This document shows, piece by piece, positions 13,015 to 23,024 of a stretch of DNA of 64,000 bases. Numbering within the stretch: position 1 is the first letter of the stretch; the number at the start of each line of letters is the position of its first letter. Below the pieces are notes generated by a model. The model was given only the letters and a program-made list of their open reading frames with translations. It did not search any database and had not been told where the DNA came from. The position numbers and the translations under genes were made by a program. Source of the stretch: Rebecca billardiae RCC1528. Taxonomy: Eukaryota > Protista > Haptophyta. The DNA lies in NCBI GenBank assembly GCA_965240325.2, contig OZ251224.1:4278001-4342000 (forward strand). The letters run 5' to 3'.

Positions 13015-13890
13015 GTATATATTTTGTAGCCTTTTACAGAATAAATACTGGTACTACAGACTGGCCGCAGTTATTTGCGCGGAGTTGTCACTCAACGAGT
13101 CACGGACCCAGTCAAGCAGTGTGACGTACTACTGACACAGTGACGACATCAGTGCCCGACAGAGCCTAGTGAGAGTGGCAGTGTGAGTGTTGGGCGTGTC
13201 GGCATGCACTGCCGGACTTTCCGTTCCGGCGCGGCGGGCGTTCCGCTGGCGCCTACGGACGGCAATACGACAGACAGGCAATCGCTGGCAACTAACTATA
13301 AGAAGTCAGAGTCAATCTCACTGAGTCACGGCTAGTCTCGGTTTCTTCGCCGTTCGCCGTTCGGTAGCCCGAGCGCCTACGGAGTCTCGGTTAGTCTTAG
13401 CTAGGTCCGCCCGCCGCGCAGGCGCAGGGGGCGCAGGGGGGCTGTGAGCCCCCCGCTGAGTCTTTACCGTTTACGGGCCCTGCCGGCGAGGCCGAAGAAA
13501 AATGTGGGCCATTTTGGAGCAAATCTGGCATGATGTTGCATGGATGCTGCGGTGCACTGGTCAGGAGTCAGTCATCAGGAGAAGTCGGGACTTGGCCTGT
13601 ACTCGTAGTCGGGCCGCGCGCCGCGTCCCACGGGCACTGCGCCTCGGCGGACCACTCGTCAGCCGCGACGACGTAGTCCCGGTTTCTTAGTGTGACTATG
13701 CGTACTGTATAGCGAACCAGCCAATCGCTCAGGTCTCAGGTTCTAGGCCAGATATTCCGCAGATAGCAAGCCCCAGTTTCTTAACGTGACAGCTCCGTAT
13801 TGCCCGCGATTGCCTGTACACATAGTAGTCTAACTATCATCATATATACAGCTTGCTGACTCTGACGCCTGCCCGTTGCATACCACGTCG

Positions 13891-13893
<3 letters not shown>

Positions 13894-13942
<49 letters not shown>
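13894..13942. repeat. (TA)n microsatellite
   Basis: Direct observation. Confidence 0.95.
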
Positions 13943-13946
<4 letters not shown>

Positions 13947-14333
13947 ATGACCTCAGTCGTAATAGTGTATATTGATGAATGATGACGTCTGCTGGCACTT
14001 ACTCAGCTTTTGATGACTTTCACTCTCTCGAGTCAGCGGTGGCAGTCTCACTCTCATCAGGACTGTGACGACTGTGAGTGTGACTCTGTGAGTCTCAGCG
14101 ACGACAGCTGTCTGACATAACTACCTCCTGTCGTCAGTCCTCCGCATTGTCAGTCTGATGCCGCTGACCCGATTACGCGGACCGGATGCAATATGGCTGT
14201 CGACGAATAACGAGTGTTTAACGACGACTCGGCTGCGATGATATATCGTCGTCAGTACGGCGCGGCGGTTTATTTACGACTCTGGCGGTATATCAGAACC
14301 CATGCTGCGCGCATGAGATGAATAGCACGCCAA

Positions 14334-15026
14334 TCATTCCAGCAGATCGTCAAACAGCCGCGGCCCCTGTGCTGCTGCCGCGCGCAGCCCGTCCATCTCG
14401 AGCGCACGGCGCCGCTCGAACCAGCCGCAAATGGTCTCGCTGTCGAGCTCCAGCAGCTTGGCAAGTGCACTCATCTCCCTTGCCGATGCATACGGGTTCA
14501 TCCTGAAGGCATATGCGAGCGTATGCCGCGGTGACAGGTGCAGCGCCCTAGGCAGCGGCGATGGCTCGCCAGACGAGTTGACGAGGTTCTCAACATCGCC
14601 GTAGATGTCGACGTCCGCCGCGCAGAAGCTGAGCTCCTTGAGTGAGTCTTCAACGCATGCGAGGGGGTCCACGACAATTGCAGCGTCATTCACGCCGTTG
14701 AAGGACGTTCCCAGCCCGAGGCTGAAGGTGGCCATGGAGAGATCACTGTCGCGCACACCATCCTCGCCCGCACTCACAGCCTCGGCACACGGCGACGGCA
14801 GACGCGCAACCTTCGTCGGGGCGCAAGCCGAAAAGCCACCATTGCGCGTCCGCAGGCGCTTTGAGCGATGAACGTGTGATGATACGTTGGGCGAGACGTT
14901 TGGCGAGCCACAGTCGACAGACAGGTCGCCAAACTTCACCTTCACGGCCAGCGAGCGGACGTTGGACGCCTCCATTTGTTGGCACGGCGCTTGAAAACCC
15001 ACCAAACTCCCAAAGCGCTTCGACAT
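14334..15026 (-). CDS. Atypical homeodomain-containing protein
   Basis: C-terminal TLAYAFRMNPYASAREMSALAKLLELDSETICGWFERRRALE follows the homeodomain helix1-loop-helix2-helix3 pattern (F..NPY, LA..L.L, I..WF..RR). Confidence 0.7.
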   Translation of the reverse strand: MSKRFGSLVGFQAPCQQMEASNVRSLAVKVKFGDLSVDCGSPNVSPNVSSHVHRSKRLRTRNGGFSACAPTKVARLPSPCAEAVSAGEDGVRDSDLSMATFSLGLGTSFNGVNDAAIVVDPLACVEDSLKELSFCAADVDIYGDVENLVNSSGEPSPLPRALHLSPRHTLAYAFRMNPYASAREMSALAKLLELDSETICGWFERRRALEMDGLRAAAAQGPRLFDDLLE

Positions 15027-15659
15027 CGAACGAACCTCGCCAAAATTTGGCCCGCCCGTGAAAATAGAGGCGGCTGCGCTGAATCTATCCGTTAGCTGTC
15101 CGCCTCGGTGACTGTGTCTGTGCGATCTGATGGACGTGCTGAGCGCAGACAGTCGGCGTCGATATCGTCGTCATCAACACGCGTGCGCTGATGACGGACG
15201 TGACTTGCTGTAAATGCTGATGAGAGTTATTTGAGACCCGTCCTTCACTCTACAGGTCGACCGCCGTCGATTATTATGACGTGAATGTGATAATTGATAT
15301 GACGACGTCGACGCTCGACGGCTCGTCAGTCGTCGTCGCCAGCCGCTCTCAGTCTCATTGCTCTGCACACGGCTCGTCGGATCATCGACTCGAGACCGTC
15401 CGTCCGTCGGACAGGTCGGTCAGAACGTCAGCCCAGGCGTAATAAGGCCGAGCCTGCCCATATGCTGACGATGTGATGTCTGATGACGACTCACTGTCGT
15501 CACACTGTCGACTGAGGCCCTGGCCTTCGAGTCAGCCTTCCTGACTCAGGCGGGCTTATTGTGAGTGTGACGCAGTCGCAGTGACGCTCATCGACATCGG
15601 CACCAGCATCAGCACTCATCATCATATTCATAAGTCATCTGCTGGCAACACTGCTGATC

Positions 15660-15987
15660 CGATGGCTCCGGCTCCGGCCCCCCCCCCCCCCCCCCCCCCA
15701 GTTCCGTTGACGACCGTGACGTCTTGGCCCCGAGCCGAAGTCAACCAAGCGGACCATGCAGCGCAGAGTCCCTTCCGACCCCCGATTGATGACTTCAAGT
15801 TCTTAACGTTAAACGAGAAATGTCGCATGGCGGATCCGACCACCTCCCTAAATAGGTTCAGACTCTATTTTTACTATGTTGCAATTACCCGCCCCTTACT
15901 CAGATTTCAGCATCACATGCAGTCCGGGAGCGTTCCGGGCACCGGTATACATATTCGAAAACGGTACTCGGACTGGGTATCATATAG

Positions 15988-16037
<50 letters not shown>

Positions 16038-16297
16038 CAGACGAAAATAGAGTCTGACGAACCTATTATTGGAGGTCAGTGGCTGATGGCAGATGTGATG
16101 CGATGACATATATATATATAATGATATATCCATCGGCTGGCCGTAATCAGTCCGTCGTCCAACCTTGGGACCGCCTGGGGTGGTCTAGGAGCTATCGTAG
16201 ACGATCATCAGAGGCGGCGATCCCGCCGATTGCAGTGTCCAGATGTAACGCTCCAGTGACCGGACTTGGGGGGGGGTGGACCGAAGCCGGAGCCCGA
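15660..16297. mobile_element. Degenerate MITE-like relic with two nested inverted-repeat pairs
   Basis: Outer pair: ggctccggctccgg(C)n-agttccg (~15664-15706) versus ggactt(G)n-tggaccgaagccggagcc (~16262-16294). Inner pair: aataggttcagactctatttt (~15851-15871) versus aaaatagagtctgacgaacctatt (~16044-16067). (TA)n at 15989-16036. Confidence 0.45.
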
Positions 16298-16332
16298 TCT
16301 GAGTGATCCCGAGACCCGACGACACCTCACGA

Positions 16333-17682
16333 TTAATGGCGAAGTACCGCCGCTGCCGCGCTCAGGTACGCCGTGGCCACGAGGGTATGTGCAGGCGAGG
16401 GCTCACAATAGTGCGCGCAGTCCTCTTTGAGACCACTCCCGTCGCCCGTGTGCCACTCCCCGTGGCGCGCCAACGGCCGGTGCACGGGCAGCACGGGGAC
16501 GGTGCGCGCGCGCATGATGGCATTCCCAGCCGTGTTGCGCCAGTTCATGCGCGCCTCGTCCGCGGGGCCGAAGGCCGCGACGCACGAGCAGTTGTGCCCC
16601 GGCGGAGGGCGGACAAAGCGCGTCATTGGGTCCGTGCTCGTGGTGCCGAAGTGGCGTGGCGTCGACTCTCGCCAGAGCATCGCCAGCGGCTTCAGCACAC
16701 GCGCAGACGCGCGCCGTGGTGCGCACTGAACCGTCCGGCTCGCCGGGTCTGCCAGGAAGGTGCCGAGCTCGCGCAGATCCGCGCTGTAGTCGCGCTCCGT
16801 GAGCTCGTGACGGTCCCGGCGCAGCATCCCGTATGCGGTGTACGTGCACATGTGGCACTTCTGCGCGCGGCGGCCTGTCCCGTTGTGCCGGCCCTGGTGG
16901 AACGCCCACGGGTGGTGCGGCGCAAACACGTGCCGCTCCGGGTGATCGTGGTCGGGGGTGACCGCGCGCGCGCTCGTGCAGATCTCGGTGGTGAGGCCTG
17001 GCGGGCACGTGGCCGGCCGCCCATCCGCCGGCCCGTTGTACCACATCCCCATGTTCCAGAACACCACGACCGGCACGTCCGCTCGTCTCTTCTGCACGCA
17101 CAGGACGGTGCGCACGGCTTCGCGCAGCCCGATCTCGCTGCGCGGGATCACCGGGACGTACAGGTGGTGCGAGCTCAGACGGCGCTTGAGCGCGGGGTTG
17201 AGACGGGCGACGTGCTGCAGCCACTTCCTCCACTGGAAGAGCCAGGTGAGCGAGTCGCCCACGAGGACGAGGTGCAGGCCCTGCGCGAATGCGCCGCCAA
17301 AGTCGCTCGTCAGCGCGTCGTGCACGAGCTCGGCGCAGCGGCCATCTCGTGGCACCGACCATTGGCCTGCATCTAGCCGCGTCATGTTTATATATGCGCT
17401 GTCGCACGCGTAGTCCTCGTGGCGCATCCACTGGACGAGCTTCTCTTGCACTCGTGTGCTGACGCGCGGAAGCAGGTGACGCCCGGCGGCAGCCGCGGCA
17501 CTCTGCGTACCGTCGACCCATTCCATTCGCTCGATGCACGCGAGGGTCTGCGCGAGCGCGTCGGGGGGCTCCTGCTGAGCCAATGCTGCCAGCCCCACAG
17601 CCACGCGGATGCCGATGTGCCCATGGCACGGCAGAGCGAGTAGCAAGGCAGCCACAGCGAGTCCCGCCGAGCGCACCGCCAT
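16333..17682 (-). CDS. Secreted TBL/PC-esterase (SGNH-like) O-acyltransferase/esterase family protein
   Basis: Signal peptide; LVGDSL (GDS) motif; C-terminal DCAHYC (DxxH); also NMGMWY and LWRESTPRHF, typical of TBL/PMR5-type domains. Confidence 0.8.
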   Translation of the reverse strand: MAVRSAGLAVAALLLALPCHGHIGIRVAVGLAALAQQEPPDALAQTLACIERMEWVDGTQSAAAAAGRHLLPRVSTRVQEKLVQWMRHEDYACDSAYINMTRLDAGQWSVPRDGRCAELVHDALTSDFGGAFAQGLHLVLVGDSLTWLFQWRKWLQHVARLNPALKRRLSSHHLYVPVIPRSEIGLREAVRTVLCVQKRRADVPVVVFWNMGMWYNGPADGRPATCPPGLTTEICTSARAVTPDHDHPERHVFAPHHPWAFHQGRHNGTGRRAQKCHMCTYTAYGMLRRDRHELTERDYSADLRELGTFLADPASRTVQCAPRRASARVLKPLAMLWRESTPRHFGTTSTDPMTRFVRPPPGHNCSCVAAFGPADEARMNWRNTAGNAIMRARTVPVLPVHRPLARHGEWHTGDGSGLKEDCAHYCEPSPAHTLVATAYLSAAAAVLRH

Positions 17683-17861
17683 CGTGCGAGTCCTACGATT
17701 ACGACAGTGATTTTGAATACTGATGCATGCTACATGATGATACTGCTGTATGATCGCGATGATGACTGTAATTCCAATAATGCAACGCTGCTGAGGCCTG
17801 CTGCCCTCGGACAGACTAGCCCTACAGCAATAAGCGCACGCGAATCATATGCTACCGGTGA

Positions 17862-19793
17862 CTACGACGAATAATCGTCAGATATAGGCTTCAGAGCGAG
17901 GGACAGGTTCCAACGCGCCCCTGGCGCGCGCGGCGCTGCGGCGCGCCCAGCCGCACGGTCTGACGACAGACCGCCAGCGGCCGCCTTGAGCATGCCTGGG
18001 CGGCCGCACAGCAGCAGCGCTGACTCGTGCCGGCCACCGTGAGCATCGGCGACAAAGCGCGCTGGCGCGTGCGCCACGCGCGCCCCCGGCGGCGCGCACG
18101 CTCTGCGCTCGGTCGCCCACGCCAAGCTCCGCGCGCAGTCGGCGTAGACGTGTGGCGCGTGATCGTCCAGCGCAGCGGGCACGGCCGAGAGCGGCGCGGA
18201 GCGCCCAGGGCAGAGTGGCGAGCGCTGCCGGAGGACGACGTCGGGCGGATCGCCCGCAAAGTGCACGGTGCACGTGCGCGAGTCGTACCGGGCCGCGCCC
18301 GGCTCGTACCACGCCTCGTAGAACCGGCCAAACTCCCAGGGGATGTGCACAAACGTGTCGGCGCAGTAGGAGAGTGCGGTCGGGTACCGGCCAGGCGCCA
18401 CGTAGCTCAGCGTCGCCGAGCGGCGGATGGGCTGCACCGCGGCCGCGCGGCGGGGCGGCCACGGCGCGCCGAGCTGGATCTGGGCGCGCAGCGCGCCGAA
18501 GAGGCTCGTGTCGAGCCCCAGCACCTCCCTCGGCAGCATGTGCACAGTGGTGATGCGCTGGCGGACGGATGGCGGGGCGCGGCGCGAGGGGCGGCGGCGC
18601 GCGCGTGTGGGGCGCAGGGCGAGGCGCGCGGCGCGAGTGGTGGAGGGAGCTGCCGCGAGCAGGCGCACGGGCACACGCCGCGAGCGCATGGGCAGCCGCG
18701 TGGCACGCCGTGCGCGCCACACGGCGGGCTGGTGCAGAGTCCAGACGCACGGCCCGCGCCCTCGCGCACAGCGAGAGCCGTGCCCGCTCGCGCCGCCGCG
18801 CCCATCCCGCGTGCTCACAAGGCGAGCGCTCACCATGTTGGGGTCCACCAGGAAGGCGCGGCCGGACCGATCGACGTGGAAGTCGAGCTGCAGGCTGCCG
18901 GTGTATCCGAGCGCGGCGACGACCACCGTGGCCTGCCGCGTCATCTCGGGCATGTTCACCGCGCGCAGCTCCACGCCCGCGCCGGTTGGGCCTCTGCTCA
19001 CCAAATCGAGGTAAGAGTAGCCCGCCAGCAGCTGCCCGTCCACGGCCGTGGCCGCAAACTCGGCGTGCACGCCGTCGATGAACTGCTCGAGCATGACGGT
19101 CGTGCCCTTGCGGGCGGCCGCCTTGAGGCCTCGCACGAGATCGCTGCGCGCGTAGCAGATCGTGACGCCCCAGCCGTCCCCGTCCACGTCGCTCTTCATC
19201 ACGAGCGGCAGGCGCCGCTCGAGCGCAGACAGCCAGGCCGCGGCGGTGGCGTTGCCGGCGGCGACCACCTGCTTGGGTTCGCTGATCTGCTGGTGCCACG
19301 GTGTCCGCACACCGTCAACCGACGAGAGCGCAGCCATGAGCTTGAGCTTGTCGTTGTACACATCCCAGGCCTCACGCCGCCGAGGCAGCGAGCAGCGGAA
19401 CACGCTGAGCGCCGAGCGCAAGTCAGGCCGCAGCGGTGCTCGCAGGCTCGCCCGCTCCAGCCTGCGAGCCGCGCTGACCATGAGCTTTGCTGACGCGCGG
19501 TAGTCGGGCACAACCAGTGCTGGGCGCCAGGACGACACGGCCTTGGTGAGCTCGTCCACCCTGTCGCCCGTGTCCGGCACAATCCGAGCGAATCGGACGA
19601 GCGGCGGCGCCCCAACGGACCACGTGCCGTTCTTGGGAGGCGGGCTGAGGACGCCGACCTCCCAGCCCGCGTGATGGAGGCCCGACATGAAGAGCGGGAC
19701 GTAACGGATGAACGACAGGCCCATCAGCAGGATGCGCGAGCCGCCCCCCTTCCGGGCGGCATGGCACTCGTCCGCGTCGGCCTCGAACACCAT
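17862..19793 (-). CDS. ATP-grasp domain protein, 2 exons
   Basis: DKLKLM, PLVMKS...GWGV, LEQFIDG, GSLQLDF. Removing intron 18833-18558 restores FLVDPNM|RITT (E/D-x-N-x-R-like). The start codon is uncertain. Confidence 0.72.
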   Translation of the reverse strand: MVFEADADECHAARKGGGSRILLMGLSFIRYVPLFMSGLHHAGWEVGVLSPPPKNGTWSVGAPPLVRFARIVPDTGDRVDELTKAVSSWRPALVVPDYRASAKLMVSAARRLERASLRAPLRPDLRSALSVFRCSLPRRREAWDVYNDKLKLMAALSSVDGVRTPWHQQISEPKQVVAAGNATAAAWLSALERRLPLVMKSDVDGDGWGVTICYARSDLVRGLKAAARKGTTVMLEQFIDGVHAEFAATAVDGQLLAGYSYLDLVSRGPTGAGVELRAVNMPEMTRQATVVVAALGYTGSLQLDFHVDRSGRAFLVDPNMVSARLVSTRDGRGGASGHGSRCARGRGPCVWTLHQPAVWRARRATRLPMRSRRVPVRLLAAAPSTTRAARLALRPTRARRRPSRRAPPSVRQRITTVHMLPREVLGLDTSLFGALRAQIQLGAPWPPRRAAAVQPIRRSATLSYVAPGRYPTALSYCADTFVHIPWEFGRFYEAWYEPGAARYDSRTCTVHFAGDPPDVVLRQRSPLCPGRSAPLSAVPAALDDHAPHVYADCARSLAWATERRACAPPGARVAHAPARFVADAHGGRHESALLLCGRPGMLKAAAGGLSSDRAAGRAAAPRAPGARWNLSLALKPISDDYSS

Positions 19794-19868
19794 CCGAGCA
19801 GGTGGGTATTATCGAATCGGGGCTGCTTCATCTGATTACTGTGGTCATGGGTTCAAACCAGTTTCCAA

Positions 19869-21900
19869 GGTCTCTCTTCGGAGAGCGTGCGCGGCAACCT
19901 GCCACCGTGAGAGCCTTTCGGAGAGCGTGCGATGAAGGATGGCGCGGCCGCGCGGCAACCTGCCACCGTGAGCCTTACAGTTTACTATGTTTTAACGTGC
20001 ACACTTGGTTAAGGCGTGATTGACGCCATCCAACACTGCACAAAGACACCGCCACAAAACAGACCGGCGCAGGCAGGTGAGGGGCGCGTTGCCGCACCTC
20101 ATCGAGGCGGCCATTGCAGCAAGCGGCCGCCCCGCGCTCGGAGGCACGCGCTCGGGAGCGCGCTCTGACACCACACGGGGAGGGTGCTGCACCTGGATGT
20201 TGTATCCCAGCCACCTCGAGAGTGCAGCCGCGCCAAACACCTGCCTGCGCTGTGAGCGACGCCACGTCGACTGATCGAGCCCCAGCCGAAGGGAAGAACT
20301 GGAAGATGAAGGGTGGGCAGGTCCACATGCCCGGCGTAAACTGCGCGCTGCTACGCACGTTAAAAACAAAAACAGTGCCCTGGCGGGCGGGGGGGTCGGC
20401 GGGCCGTGCCAGTGCTGTCGCAATGTTTCCTCTGCGGGTTCGCGTGTTTTCACATTCGCTCGTGGCCGTGGGTGACGGACAGTCCGAGGGCGAGGACCAG
20501 TAGTGACACCTGAAGATCTCCCACTGCCGCACTGGGACTGGCGTGTACACGTTTGTGCGCATCAGCGAGGCCCACAGCACCCACTAGGAATGTGCAGCAC
20601 GCGGGGCGGGGCGGGTAGCCCGTTGCTCCGCGCGAGCACGTGTACGCGCTGTATGTGCCGCATCTCAACCGCGATGGCGTAATCGAGCGCCTCGCCGCCG
20701 ACGAAGCCGCCAGAGTAGATCATGTGCATGTCCTCCTGGCACCGCCAGCCGAGAGCAGTCGTCGCGAGGACGCTTGCCGATGTCCGCTCCGGGCATGATG
20801 GACTCGGCGCAGGTCGCGTTGACATCGTACACTGCCGCCACGCTGAGCACTAGCGCGTTGACGTTCACGCGGTCGTCGCTCTTCGCCTCTTCGACAGGTC
20901 TGGCGCCCGCGTGTTCGGGCGGCACGAGGAGCTGTTGGTTGTGCGCGCGCGCGCGCACAGCGACAGCGTGTGCCACTCGCGATCGAGAGTGGGCACGAGC
21001 TGCTCACGCAGGCACACGAATCGCAGCGCATCCGTCACCGGCGTGACGACTTCCGCCTCGTCCCGCAGCGCCTGCGCCATGGGCGAGGATGGCGCGGCGA
21101 TGTTGCATGCTCGACGTTTCATCTCTCTGCGGATGGCATCACTGGCTTGTCTGTGTCGCGCTGCGGCGAGGGTCGCCAACTCGCGATGACGCGGTTGCTG
21201 CCACGGCGACAGACCCGGGAGGTGCGTCCGCTGCGCGTCGTACGCCGTTGGCGCTGCGCTTACGTCGCATTGGTCACCGTCGACGCCATGCAGGTCGGAC
21301 GTGGGCTTCGGCTGACGGGCTGAGGGACCGCGAGCGAAAGTCCGGTGCGCGGATTCGGGACTCCGGCGATCGAGTTCAGTCGTTCAGAAATCAGAAGGCC
21401 GCGCCAAATCTTGCGTCGCGTGCGTGGATCGCGCGAGGTGGTTGTCGTGCGCAGCGCTTGCTTCTATGGCCCGTGCGAGCGCTCGACGTGCAAGTCGGGC
21501 GAGGACCGCCCCAGGTCGCACGCTCTTGTCGATGCGCCGAGCGTACCTCCAAACGCGTCGACTTTGGCCCCCGTTCGACCTGCACGCGAGACGACGAGGG
21601 CAGCAATCGCGAATCGGGCGAAACCCCCTCGGGAGTCCTCGCGCGATGTCCGCGCCGGCGTTGGATCTGGCGCGCGCCGCCCACGCGCTCCGCGCCATCG
21701 GGCACTTGTTTTCGGCCGAGCGTCCCCAGTGGGAGCTGCTCGGGGCGGACCTACGGCCCGCCATAAACTGTACGCAAGTTAAAACAAATTATAAACAAAC
21801 CCCCACTTTCCAGGTCTCTCTTCGGAGAGCGTGCGATGAAGGATGGCGCGGCAACCTGCCACCGTGAGCCTTACGCACGTTAAAACAAATGAACTGTAAA
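19869..21900. mobile_element. Degenerate ~2-kb element bounded by direct and inverted repeats
   Basis: A ~60-bp block (ggtctctcttcggagagcgtgcg...ggcaacctgccaccgtgagccttac) occurs partly twice at ~19869-19978 and once at ~21813-21874. Inverted pair at 19975-20000 and ~21875-21899. Interior contains frameshifted minus-strand ORF fragments. Confidence 0.5.
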
Positions 21901-22126
21901 TCACTCTCCGCTCACCAGCCGGAGCCGCCCGGAGCGGCAGCGTCACGGCGGGACTGCACGCAGCCGCGGGTGTGCGTGTCCACCCAATGCAAGGCCTCGC
22001 CGAAGTACCCGACCGGTGGCACCGACAGAAACACCCTTGTCTGCTCACCTCAGCGCGTGCCTGATGGCGCGGCCAGGCTAGGCCAGACCGCGCTTTGAGT
22101 CGGGCACGCCGCACGAGAGTGCCGTC

Positions 22127-22816
22127 TCACGCGTTGGCGGTGCTGGAAGTCATGTGCGTGGCCCCCGTGTTCGTCGCGAGCACGCCGGAGTATCGCCAGT
22201 TGCCATCCGCGGTGAGCCCTGGGAAGCACCGCAGCGACACCAGCACGAGGAACAGGCCGGCCACCTGCGTGCAGCACATGAGCGCGTACAGGACCAGGCC
22301 CTTGAAGATGGCGACCAGCCCGAGCGCGATCGTCACCGTGCCGAGCGCGTACACGATGCGGCCGGCGTCGCCGTGCCACTTCGCGTGGGAGAAGCCGCGC
22401 CGCACGGCCTCGGAGTACTTTGACAACCCAACCAGGCACTGCCCAAGGGTAGCCAAGAGCGTGACCGTGCCAAACCACGCGTGCACCGTGTGCGGCAGGA
22501 TGCTCTTACCGATGCGGCGCTTGTTGACCACGATGGCCAGGAGGCCGGCCGCGGCCAGCGCGGCGGCCATCATTTGGAATCGGCGGTGCTTCTCACGGTT
22601 CTCCTTCTTCTGGTCGAGCGGGGCCACGTACGACAGGATGCCCGCGCCCATGCAGCCCGTGTACGCGAGTGCCATCAGCACCGGGTGTGCAGAGAAGAGC
22701 ACAAAGCCCTTGCCGCCAAACGACGCTGGCATGAGCGTGCATACGCACACCGCAAGCGCAGCGAACGCCCCGCCGGTCGTCACTACGTGGGCGTAGCGCT
22801 TGCCGGCGAGCTCCAT
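22127..22816 (-). CDS. Eukaryotic cytochrome b561 domain protein (CYB561D-like)
   Basis: Multiple TM helices with four heme-ligand His in HPVLMALAY, HRRFQ, TVHAWFG and WHGDAG. Start may lie further upstream. Confidence 0.85.
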   Translation of the reverse strand: MELAGKRYAHVVTTGGAFAALAVCVCTLMPASFGGKGFVLFSAHPVLMALAYTGCMGAGILSYVAPLDQKKENREKHRRFQMMAAALAAAGLLAIVVNKRRIGKSILPHTVHAWFGTVTLLATLGQCLVGLSKYSEAVRRGFSHAKWHGDAGRIVYALGTVTIALGLVAIFKGLVLYALMCCTQVAGLFLVLVSLRCFPGLTADGNWRYSGVLATNTGATHMTSSTANA

Positions 22817-23024
22817 TCGCCTGTTGCGAGAAATGGTGGCGGGGCGGCGAGGGCCGAGTGCCGACGATGGCGGCGGCGCGCCAGGGGAGGAGGCTTCCAC
22901 AACTCGCCAGGCGGCCCCGCCGCCGGACGCAAGCTCATGAGTCATGATATTCGTCCCAAACCGTGACGCACTCCGATCCTGGCGTCGCGAAGGCGCGAGG
23001 CATCGCCGCTCTCGACGCGCGCGC

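Noticed and set aside
19820-19870. tRNA-like T-arm (ggtcatgggttcaaacc)
   Set aside because: No cloverleaf, acceptor stem or A box could be built.
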